Source: Macrostomum lignano (taxonomy: Eukaryota). From it: DNA of 50,663 bases. This document shows positions 38,705-49,344 of this stretch, piece by piece. The notes under the pieces are model-generated. The model was not told where the DNA came from and did no database searches. It saw nothing but the letters and a program-made list of their open reading frames with translations. The stretch is taken from the NCBI GenBank assembly GCA_002269645.1, contig NIVC01003087.1:1-50663 (forward strand), given 5' to 3'. Within the stretch, counting starts at the first letter, position 1. Each line of letters starts with the position of its first letter. The position numbers and the translations under genes were made by a program.

Positions 38705-40550
38705 GCCAGTGTCAAAATCCAAGTGGCCAGTGTCAAAATCCATGTGGCCAGTGTCAAAATCCATGTGGCTAGTGTCAAAATCCATGTGGCCGGTGTCAAA
38801 ATCCATGTGGCCAGTGTCAAAATCCATGTGGCCAGTGTCAAAATCCATGTGGCCAGTGTCAAAATCCATGTGGCCAGTTTCAAAATCCATGTGGTCAGTG
38901 TCAAAATCCATGTGGCCAGTGTCAAAATCCATGTGGCCAGTGTCAAAATCCATGTGGCCAGTGTCAAAATCCATGTGGCCAGTGTCAAAATCCATGTGGT
39001 CAGTGTCAAAATCCATGTGGCCAGTTTCAAAATCCATGTGGTCAGTGTCAAAATCCATGTGGCCAGTGTCAAAATCCATGTGGTCAGTGTCAAAATCCAT
39101 GTGGCCAGTGTCAAAATCCATGTGGCCAGTGTCAAAATCCATGTGGCCAGTTTCAAAATCCATGTGGCCAGTGTCAAAATCCATGTGGCCAGTGTCAAAA
39201 TCCATGTGGCCAGTGTCAAAATCCATGTGGCCAGTGTCAAAATCCATGTGGCCAGTGTCAAAATCCATGTGGTCAGTGTCAAAATCCATGTGGCCAGTTT
39301 CAAAATCCATGTGGTCAGTGTCAAAATCCATGTGGCCAGTGTCAAAATCCATGTGGTCAGTGTCAAAATCCATGTGGCCAGTGTCAAAATCCATGTGGCC
39401 AGTGTCAAAATCCATGTGGCCAGTGTCAAAATCCATGTGGCCAGTGTCAAAATCCATGTGGCCAGTGTCAAAATCCATGTGGCCAGTGTCAAAATCCATG
39501 TGGCCAGTGTCAAAATCCATGTGGCCAGTGTCAAAATCCATGTGGCCAGTTTCAAAATCCATGTGGCCAGTGTCAAAATCCATGTGGCCAGTGTCAAAAT
39601 CCATGTGGCCAGTGTCAAAATCCATGTGGCCAGTGTCAAAATCCATGTGGCCAGTGTCAAAATCCATGTGGCCAGTGTCAAAATCCATGTGGCCAGTGTC
39701 AAAATCCATGTGGCCAGTGTCAAAATCCATGTGGCCAGTGTCAAAATCCATGTGGTCAGTGTCAAAATCCATGTGGCCAGTTTCAAAATCCATGTGGTCA
39801 GTGTCAAAATCCATGTGGCCAGTGTCAAAATCCATGTGGTCAGTGTCAAAATCCATGTGGCCAGTGTCAAAATCCATGTGGCCAGTTTCAAAATCCATGT
39901 GGCCAGTTTCAAAATCCATGTGGCCAGTGTCAAAATCCATGTGGCCAGTGTCAAAATCCATGTGGCCAGTGTCAAAATCCATGTGGCCAGTGTCAAAATC
40001 CATGTGGCCAGTGTCAAAATCCATGTGGCCAGTGTCAAAATCCATGTGGTCAGTGTCAAAATCCATGTGGCCAGTTTCAAAATCCATGTGGTCAGTGTCA
40101 AAATCCATGTGGCCAGTGTCAAAATCCATGTGGTTAGTGTCAAAATCCATGTGGCCAGTTTCAAAATCCATGTGGCCAGTGTCAAAATCCATGTGGCCAG
40201 TGTCAAAATCCATGTGGCCAGTGTCAAAATCCATGTGGCCAGTGTCAAAATCCATGTGGCCAGTGTCAAAATCCATGTGGCCAGTGTCAAAATCCATGTG
40301 GCCAGTGTCAAAATCCATGTGGCCAGTTTCAAAATCCATGTGGCCAGTGTCAAAATCCATGTGGCCAGTGTCAAAATCCATGTGGCCAGTGTCAAAATCC
40401 ATGTGGCCAGTGTCAAAATCCATGTGGCCAGTGTCAAAATCCATGTGGCCAGTGTCAAAATCCATGTGGCCAGTGTCAAAATCCATGTGGCCAGTTTCAA
40501 AATCCATGTGGCCAGTGTCAAAATCCATGTGGCCAGTGTCAAAATCCAAC
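38705..40550. repeat. 21-bp minisatellite (GTGTCAAAATCCATGTGGCCA), ~88 units
   Basis: Highly homogeneous; stop-free in several frames. Confidence 0.97.
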
Positions 40551-41004
40551 TTCCCTTCATTTTAGTTGCTCTCAAAGCAATCACTGTTTGGCACTAACAG
40601 TCAAACTCATTGAACTCACGGCCTCTCAATCTGCATAAATTTGCCCCAATCCTGTTTGCTTGGATTAACAGGATTAGCAGGATTAACGAGCAGCAGAATT
40701 CTAAGTGTCGGATTTGTTTGAATTTCCTCGAACTTCGAGCTTCTTCTGCAATCATGCGCTTGTAAATGCGCTATACTATTGTTAATAATAAAGTAATTGT
40801 GCTTACAGAATTATGCCGTTAGTTAAAGCCGCTTGCTCCTGTTCCTATAATCTTTCTGTTAATTCCTTTGATTTTGTCAACAATTCCAATTGGTGTTGGC
40901 TGTCTTTGAAAATTTCTACAAAAGCGTCAAATTAAAATGGCGATTCTTGTGATGGGCGTTGATTTTTTTAAACTGGATTTGCTTTTTGTCAATTTTTTCA
41001 GACT

Positions 41005-43222
41005 ATGGAAGCAAACGGTATTGATAATCCGATAAAATCTAGTGATCAACTAAATCTGATTGAGCAGCATAGTTGTAAATCTCGCGACAAAGACCCCGAT
41101 AACGACAAAGATCTTCTTAAAACTGACAAAGACCAAGACCCTAGAAGTGACAAAGACTCGGATCTAAGAAGCGAAAAAGACCAGGATTTAAGAAGCGACA
41201 AAGACCAGGATTTAAGGAGCGACAAAGACCAGGACCTAAGAAGCGACAAAGACCAGGACCTAAGAAGCGACAAAGACCAGGACCTAAGAAGTGACAAAGA
41301 CCAGGACCTAAGAAGCGACAAAGACCAGGACCTAAGAAGCGACAAAGACCAGGACCTAAGAAGCGACAAAGACCAGGACCTAAGAAGCGACAAAGACCAG
41401 GACCTAAGAAGTGACAAAGACCAGGACCTAAGAAGTGACAAAGACCAGGACCTAAGAAGCGACAAAGACCAGGACCTAAGAAGTGACAAAGACCAGGACC
41501 TAAGAAGTGACAAAGACCAGGACCTAAGAAGCGACAAAGACCAGGACCTAAGAAGTGACAAAGACCAGGACCTAAGAAGTGACAAAGACCAGGAACTAAG
41601 ACGCGACAAAGACCAGGACCTAAGAAGCGACAAAGACCAGGACCTAAGAAGCGACAAAGACCAAGACCCTAGAAGCGAAAAAGGCTCCGCTGGTTCAAAC
41701 CAAGATCCAAAACAAAGTTGCGAGCCGAACAAAGACCTGCAGCAGCCGGCCGAGCGCCCGTTTGCGCATCTCCGCGGCCTCAGCTCCGGCGACTTCCTTG
41801 ACGCCGTAGCGTCCAGCGGTCGGTCGGCCTGCTCCGTGTGCGGCCGCTCTCGCAAGTTCTACTGCCCCGTCTGCTGCGTGCCCGTGCCCAGCTCACAGCC
41901 GCTGCCCTCTGTTCGCCTGCCGTTCTCCGTTTGCGTGCTCAAGCACCCCGCCGAGTTCCACGGCAAATCGACTTCGCCGCACGCGGTGCTGCTCTCTCCC
42001 GACTGTCGGATTGTGCGATACCCGCTGCTGCCGGACCTCAGCTCTGGCTGTGTCGCGGTGGTGTACCCCGCGCCTGGCGCCCTGTCAGTTGCGGAGCTCG
42101 CCGTCAGGATGGCACCGCCGTCTGACAGCACCTGCGAGACTGACGATACTGGCGACAGCCGTCAGAAACTGCTGGAGGAGAGCATGAGGCAAGACTGACT
42201 GACTGACTGACTGACTGACTGACTGACTGACTGACTGACTGACTGACTGACTGACTGACTGACTGACTGACTGACTGACTGACTGACTGACTGACTGACT
42301 GACTGACTGACTGACTGACTGACTGACTGACTGACTGACTGACTGACTGACTGACTGACTGACTGACTGACTGACTGACTGACTGACTGACTGACTGACT
42401 GACTGACTGACTGACTGACTGACTGACTGACTGACTGACTGACTGACTGACTGACTGACTGACTGACTGACTGACTGACTGACTGACTGACTGACTGACT
42501 GACTGACTGACTGACTGACTGACTGACTGACTGACTGACTGACTGACTGACTGACTGACTGACTGACTGACTGACTGACTGACTGACTGACTGACTGACT
42601 GACTGACTGACTGACTGACTGACTGACTGACTGACTGACTGACTGACTGACTGACTGACTGACTGACTGACTGACTGACTGACTGACTGACTGACTGACT
42701 GACTGACTGACTGACTGACTGACTGACTGACTGACTGACTGACTGACTGACTGACTGACTGACTGACTGACTGACTGACTGACTGACTGACTGACTGACT
42801 GACTGACACTGAGACTGAGACTGAGGAATAGTCAGACGTTAACCCGAGCCAGCTGGCCCCGCAGGCGGTGGACGGTGCTGTTCCTGGACGCCACCTGGCA
42901 CCAGGCCAATGGCATGATTAACGACGATCGTCTCCGAAGCCTGCCCCGCGTTGCCCTTAGCAACCACTCAAGCCACTACTGGCGCTACGAGGCGGGCCTG
43001 AGCCCCAGCCACCTGTCTACCATAGAGGCAATCTACTACCTGGCCGTTGATCTGCACCTGGCACTGCGCCAGCTGGGCTACTGGCCCGGCGCGGACGATT
43101 ACGACGGTCGGTACGACAACCTGCTGCTGTACTTCAACCACCTGTACCGGCTGCTGTACGCCAACTATGATGGCGGCCGGGCCTGTGGAGAACGGAAACG
43201 GCGTCACTTTCAGTTGAAATGA
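41005..43222 (+). CDS. DTWD1: DTW-domain tRNA-uridine aminocarboxypropyltransferase 1; exons 41005-42188 and 42865-43222
   Basis: RSACSVCGRSRKFYC, KHPAEFHGKSTS, VLFLDATW, LSTIEAIYY, YDNLLLYF. The two parts join in phase 2 via AG|GCAAGA ... CCCCGCAG|G. Confidence 0.88.
41122..41680 (+). repeat. 24-bp in-frame coding repeat (SDKDQDLR x ~22-23) in DTWD1 N-terminus
   Basis: In frame between ATG 41005 and the DTW domain. Confidence 0.85.
42193..42807. repeat. Perfect (GACT)n microsatellite, ~153 units, filling the DTWD1 intron
   Basis: Direct inspection. Confidence 0.97.
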
Positions 43223-43429
43223 TGATTGCGTCATCTTGTCTGCAGCTAATTATATGATATTATTGCATTTATCTTGAAATTGTATGATAACTAGCTCTGT
43301 GAAAATACTTTTTTTTACTTTTTTTCATTTGATTTTTGTCTACTGTTAGTAGGATAAATAGATTCTGGCGCGTAGAACAGAATTCTAATTCAAGTTTTCG
43401 AGGATCTGTAGCTTATCAGTGTTAACGGT

Positions 43430-44095
43430 TAATGCCATCCTTGGGTCTTCATGCCATCCTTGGGTCTTCATGCCATCCTTGGGTCTTCATGCCATCCTTG
43501 GGTCTTCATGCCATCCTTGGGTCTTCATGCCATCCTTGGGTCTTCATGCCATCCTTGGGTCTTCATGCCATCCTTGGGTCTTCATGCCATCCTTGGGTCT
43601 TCATGCCATCCTTGGGTCTTCATGCCATCCTTGGGTCTTCATGCCATCCTTGGGTCTTCATGCCATCCTTGGGTCTTCATGCCATCCTTGGGTCTTCATG
43701 CCATCCTTGGGTCTTCATGCCATCCTTGGGTCTTCATGCCATCCTTGGGTCTTCATGCCATCCTTGGGTCTTCATGCCATCCTTGGGTCTTCATGCCATC
43801 CTTGGGTCTTCATGCCATCCTTGGGTCTTCATGCCATCCTTGGGTCTTCATGCCATCGTTGGGTCTCCATGCCATCCTTGGGTCTTCATGCCATCCTTGG
43901 GTCTTCATGCCATCCTTGGGTCTTCATGCCATCATTGGGTCTTCATGCCATCGTTGGGTCTCCATGCCATCCTTGGGTCTTCATCCTACCTTTGGGTCTT
44001 CAAGCCACCATTGGGTCTTCAAGCCACCATTGGGTCTTCATGCCATCATTGGGTCTTCATCCTACCTTTGGGTCTTCAAGCCACCCTTGGGTCTT
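43430..44095. repeat. 19-bp minisatellite (CATGCCATCCTTGGGTCTT)
   Basis: Between DTWD1 stop and KIAA0930 start. Confidence 0.95.
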
Positions 44096-44181
44096 GCATT
44101 CGCAGTTCACTGCCGGCAGTGCAGCTCGCAGTTCCCCAATTTCCAGCCGCAGTCAGCAGCCGCAGCAGCAACCGGCGGACA

Positions 44182-47100
44182 ATGGACCCGGCCAATCCAG
44201 TTCGATTCAACATCGGCTGCCGAAGCGACTCCGACGATCTCGAAGGCGAACTGCCGGAACAGCGGGCGGGCGCAGACGAGGAGAGCGATGGTTATTACAA
44301 TGATGCCGAGTCGGAGGCTGCCAGAGACGCAATGAGCAGGAGCAGCTCGCTGCAGCGCATCCTCGCCTCAATCTCCGTTGAGCGTCGTTTGTCGTCCTCG
44401 TTGTCGACTTCGACTTCGGCGACAACGGCGTCGCAGACCCGGCCGAGTCGAAACAAGTTCTGGAGCCAGCTGCTGGTGCAGCACTTTCTTGAGGACGGAG
44501 GCGGCGGCGGCGAGATCAAGGACGGTGACGAGTTCAAGGACGATCTCGTGTTTTATGTTCGCCGAAGACTGCCGGATCGGGGAGAGGCGGCCGCTGCCAG
44601 CAGCTCTTCTTCGATTGGTACTACGGTTGAGGTGCGCCCTGCTGCACTGCGGCTCTGGGACAGAGAGGGTCAGGGAGAGGGAATGATGGCCTTGGAGTTT
44701 TGAACTTTGGAGACTGAGAGTCAGAGGCTCAGAATCAGAGTGAGTCGCAAGAGTAGGAGTTGCATAGAGTCGCAGAGTGAGAGTCAGAGAGAGTCGCAGA
44801 GTGAGAGTCAGAGAGAGAGTCGCATAGTGAGAGTCAGAGAGAGAGTCGCAGAGTGAGAGTCAGAGAGAGAGTCGCAGAGTGAGAGTCAGAGAGAGAGTCG
44901 CAGAGTGAGAGTCAGAGAGAGAGTCGCATAGTGAGAGTCAGAGAGAGAGTCGCAGAGTGAGAGTCAGAGAGAGAGTCGCATAGTGAGAGTCAGAGAGAGA
45001 GTCGCAGAGTGAGAGTCAGAGAGAGAGTCGCAGAGTGAGAGTCAGAGAGAGAGTCGCAGAGTGAGAGTCAGAGAGAGAGTCGCAGAGTGAGAGTCAGAGA
45101 GAGAGTCGCAGAGTGAGAGTCAGAGAGAGAGAGAGAGTCGCAGAGTGAGAGTCAGAGAGCGAACTGGTCAGAGAGAACTGGTCAGACAGAGAACTGGTCA
45201 GAGAGAACTGGTCAGACAGAGAACTGGTCAGAGAGAACTGGGAGAACTGGTCAGAGAGAACTGGTCAGAGAGAACTGGTCAGAGAGAACTGGTCAGAGAG
45301 AACTGGTCAGAGAGAACTGGGAGAACTGGTCAGAGAGAACTGGTCAGAGAGAACTGGTCAGAGAGAACTGGTCAGACAGAGAACTGGTCAGAGAGAACTG
45401 GTCAGAGAGAACTGGTCAGAGAGAACTGGTCAGAGAGAACTGGTCAGAGAGAACTGGTCAGAGAGAACTGGGAGAACTGGTCAGAGAGAACTGGTCAGAG
45501 AGAACTGGTCAGACAGAGAACTGGTCAGAGAGAACTGGTCAGAGAGAACTGGGAGAACTGGTCAGAGAGAACTGGTCAGAGAGAACTGGTCAGAGAGAAC
45601 TGGTCAGACAGAGAACTGGTCAGAGAGAACTGGTCAGAGAGAACTGGTCAGAGAGTGACAGCTGCAGTGTGATAGCCATAATCATATTCAGAGTCAGACA
45701 GTGCAACAATGGCTCCGGCCTAGTGCGCGACAAAAGTCAAGGTCACCCAGGCTGGGCACGTGACAGCAGCTGGCAGCACATGCACTGCTTGATTGACTGC
45801 CGCTAAGTGTTCCTTGGCGCGCTTTCACGTGATCGACAACTGCCATTTTTTCACTTCAGTTTGAATTGAAATGTAAACGCAGTGCAGTTGAAGGTGCAAT
45901 TGCATTTGGAGCTGTTGTTTTTAGATGATCGATATGAGATTTGATGCACGGGGGGTCTTGACTTGCAGCCCGTATCTGTCTGTTGGTCTGCCTATTCTGA
46001 CAGCAGTTGCTGGGACCAGTCGGGATGAGAGGTTTAGGCAGCAAAGTGCTGATTGAAATTCTGGAGGAATGTCCTTGGCATCTGTCGAACTTTGTGTATC
46101 CATCCTGACTGTTGGGTTCACACCTGCTGTTCTTATAAAGTACCAACTGATGAAGTTTGTTGCAATAATAGCTCGCTCTTCGCCTGCCACAAGAAAGATT
46201 TTTTGGATGCTTTCTGAACTTTGACATTCTAACTGAATTTGTCAGGTGGAAACTTTTCTAGTCAGATGGGTTTAGAATGGAACAGATCTCAGTGCCGTGA
46301 GATTCTCATGAGAAACAGATCTCAGTGCCGTGAGATTCTCATGAGAAACAGATCTTAGTGCCGTGAGATTCTCATGAGAAACAGATCTCAGTGCCGTGAG
46401 ATTCTCATGAGAAACAGATCTTAGTGCTGTGAGATTCTCATGAGAAACAGATCTCAGTGTCACAGGGACAGTGAGATTCTCATGAGAAACAGATCTCAGT
46501 GCCGTGAGATTCTCATGAGAAACAGATCTCAGTGCCGTGAGATTCTCATGAGAAATAGATCTTAGTGTCACAGGGACAGTGAGATTCTCATGAGAAACAG
46601 ATCTCAGTGCAGTGAGATTCTCATGAGAAACAGATCTCAGTGCCGTGAGATTCTCATGAGAAGCAGATCTCAGTGCAGTGAGATTCTCATGAAAAACATC
46701 TCAGTGTCACAGGGACAGTGAGATTCTCATGAGAAACAGATCTCAGTGTCACAGGGACAGTGAGATTCTCATGAGAAACAGATCTCAGTGCCACAATGAG
46801 ATTCTCATGACAGCCAATCCCAACGAGAGAAGCGTGAGCTAAGTACCTTACCATTCCCAAATCCCCTCAGGTGCACCGCAAGCACAAGCACAACTACAGA
46901 CTGATCCTGGCCGATCAGCTGATAGACCTGGAGGAGAGCGTGTACCTGAACCTGATCATGCAGCAGTTCGCGTACACCGTGACCTGCGCCGTGTGCACTC
47001 GCACCGGGGCCCGGGAGCTGCAGATCCTGCGCCGGTTCACCAGCCGGGTGTTCGCCAGTCCCAGCCGGCACTGCATGGACGGCAAGGCCTGCAGGGAGGA

Positions 47101-48360
47101 GATCACCTACCCGAACATCTTCTTCAGCGTGCACAACTATGATGAGCTATTCGCCGACTGTGTTGTTAGGGACTCCGAGCTGCTCTGCGTTGAGCTGGTG
47201 GCCTGCGACCGGCGGGGACGCCTGCAGGTGCGATTGGTGGGAGAAGTAGGTATGGGGACTAAGAGAAGTAGGTATGGGGACTGGGAGAAGTAGGTATGGG
47301 GACTAAGAGAAGTAGGTATGGGGACTGGGAGAAGTAGGTATGGGGACTGGGAGAAGTAGGTATGGGGACTGGGAGAAGTAGGTAGAGATTGGGAGAAGTA
47401 GGTAGGTACATGCATGTAGATAGAGACAGGAGCGGAGAGGAGCGGAGAGACAGGAGTTCTCATAGAGACAGGAGCGGAGAGGAGCGGAGAGACAGGAGTA
47501 CTCATAGAGACAGGAGCGGAGAAGCAGGTGTGCGAGTCTAAACAGAGTGGTACAGCACACTGGGTCATAAATCTAAAAAACTGAAATTGCCTCGCCAATC
47601 AGGGAGTTCTGTTCCTGGGCAGCATCCGGTACGAGTCGGTGCTGGAGGTGTACCAGGCCAGGGCTGGCGGCGGCACCAGAGGCGGCAGCTCTTCGTCCGC
47701 CCCGGCCGGCGGTCAGGCGCCGTCCGGCTGGCTATTCCGGTCAGTCTCGGCCGCTTCCTCTGCCTCGGTTGGCCGGCGCCGGGTGGAGTTCCTGCGGATG
47801 CGCGGGCCGCACGGCAAGGGCCACGCCGAGGTCGCCGTGACGGCGGCGCCGGCGCCAGTCGGTGAAGACGGCGCCTCTCAGCGGGAGTCCAGGCGGGAGC
47901 GGCGACTGTCGGGGGAGTCGGCGGCGTCGGCGGCTTCCGCGGCGGCGGGATGAAGAAGTCGCGCTCGGACTCCGCCAATATCGACTCGACGGGAGGCGGC
48001 GGCGGCGGCGAGGTGCCCCCCGCAGTCCGGCGCTCCCGACGGGCCCGATTTCGGCCAGCCAGCAGCGAAGTCGAGGCCCGCGACATCGAAGAAGAATTTG
48101 GCGACGAAGACGGCGACGGCGAGGCCGCCGAGCCAGCGGCTGACGACGGCGGAGCTGCCGGCGGTGGCAGCGGCGGTGTCTGGCAGATCGGCAAGTCGTT
48201 CGGGCAGGCGTGGCACTGGTTCAAGGAGCGGCGGCGTGCCGGCTCCGTGTCGCTGAGCGCATGCCTCACTTACGTGTCGCTGCCATGGCACCGCATTGTG
48301 GCCGACTTGCTGGACACCCGGCAGCAGCCAGTGCTGGCGTTTGACCTGCCCGCTGGCTGA
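44182..48360 (+). CDS. KIAA0930: KIAA0930-like (DUF2045) protein; exons 44182-44631, 46871-47227, 47603-48360 (one frameshift at ~47863-47950)
   Basis: DDLVFYVRRRL, EESVYLNLIMQ...YTVTCAVCTR, VFASPS...YPNIFF, GSIRYE, EFLRMRGPHGKGHAEVAV, MKKS, LTYVSLPWHRIVADLL all recognisable. Confidence 0.9.
44765..45655. repeat. Two adjacent arrays: 26-bp (GTCGCAGAGTGAGAGTCAGAGAGAGA, to ~45150) then 14-bp (GAGAGAACTGGTCA)
   Basis: Direct inspection; KIAA0930 intron 1. Confidence 0.93.
46275..46810. repeat. 33-bp minisatellite (AGAAACAGATCTCAGTGCCGTGAGATTCTCATG)
   Basis: Direct inspection; contains TCTCATGAGA and AGATCT palindromes. Confidence 0.93.
47240..47520. repeat. 22-bp repeat (GGGAGAAGTAGGTATGGGGACT) followed by a short GAGACAGGAGCGGA repeat
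   Basis: KIAA0930 intron 2. Confidence 0.88.
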
Positions 48361-49022
48361 GTGTCTTTGTTCTCATAGTCTTTGTCCGCGTCTTTGTTCC
48401 CATAGTCTTTGTCCGCGTCTTTGTTCCCATAGTCTTTGCCCGCGTCTTTGTTACCATAGTCTTTGTCCGCGTCTTTGTTCCCATAGTCTTTGTCTGCGTC
48501 TTTGTTCCCATAGTCTTTGTCCGCGTCTTTGTTCCCATAGTCTTTGTCCGCGTCTTTGTTCCCATAGTCTTTGTCCGCGTCTTTGTTCCCATAGTCTTTG
48601 TCCGCGTCTTTGTTCCCATAGTCTTTCTCCGCGTCTTTGTTCCCATAGTCTTTGTCCGCGTCTTTGTTCCCATAGTCTTTGTCTGTGTGTCTTTGTTCTC
48701 AGAGTCTTTGTTCTCAGAATCTTTGTCCGTGTGTCTTTGTTCCCAGAGTCTTTGTCCGTGTCTCTTTGTTCCCAGAGTCTTTGTCCGTGTGTCTTTGTTC
48801 CAGAGTTTTTTTTTCCGTGTGTCTCTGTCCCCAGAGTCTGTCCCTGTCTGTTCCCAGAGTCTGTCCAGGTGTTTTTGTTCCCGAAATCTTTGTCCGTATC
48901 TTTGTTTCCAGAGTCTGTCCATGTGTCCCTGTCCGCAGAGTCTGTCCATGTGTCCCTGTCCCCAGAGTCTGTCCATGTGTCCCTGTCCGCAGAGTCTGTC
49001 CATGTGTCCCTGTCCCAGAGTC
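48361..49022. repeat. 27-bp minisatellite (TCTTTGTTCCCATAGTCTTTGTCCGCG), degenerating 3'
   Basis: Starts immediately after the KIAA0930 stop codon. Confidence 0.92.
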
Positions 49023-49344
49023 TGTCACTTATTCTCTGTCCCCATTTTGCTTGAGTCTATCTATGTTGGCATTCCCGTCTCTGTGGCTCTTTATCCGAGC
49101 TCTCAGATTGATAGCAAATCCAAGTAGCAGTTAATTTATTAACAGGAATTTAGGCCGCTCATTACGCGCATGCCATCATTTACCTGTAGTTCTTGCCATA
49201 GCACAGTCAGTATAGATCATGTATATGTTCCTATGTATCGTTGTGTCTGTGTGCGTTCGCGTGTGTATGACTGCCAATAATACTATTGATTATTCTAAAG
49301 TGGATTCCGGCAAATGAGATGAAGGAAAGATAGGGAGAAGAAAA

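Noticed and set aside
38048-40597. Four 600-830-aa ORFs (MDFDTGH etc.)
   Set aside because: A 21-bp repeat open in several frames on both strands, with no unique domain or silent-site bias.
43419-44181. Long N-terminal extension of KIAA0930 through the 19-mer array
   Set aside because: Repeat is open in all three frames and lacks an upstream ATG context; ATG 44182 or an upstream acceptor is more parsimonious.
45856-46227. Minus-strand ORFs in KIAA0930 intron 1
   Set aside because: No recognisable motifs; short.
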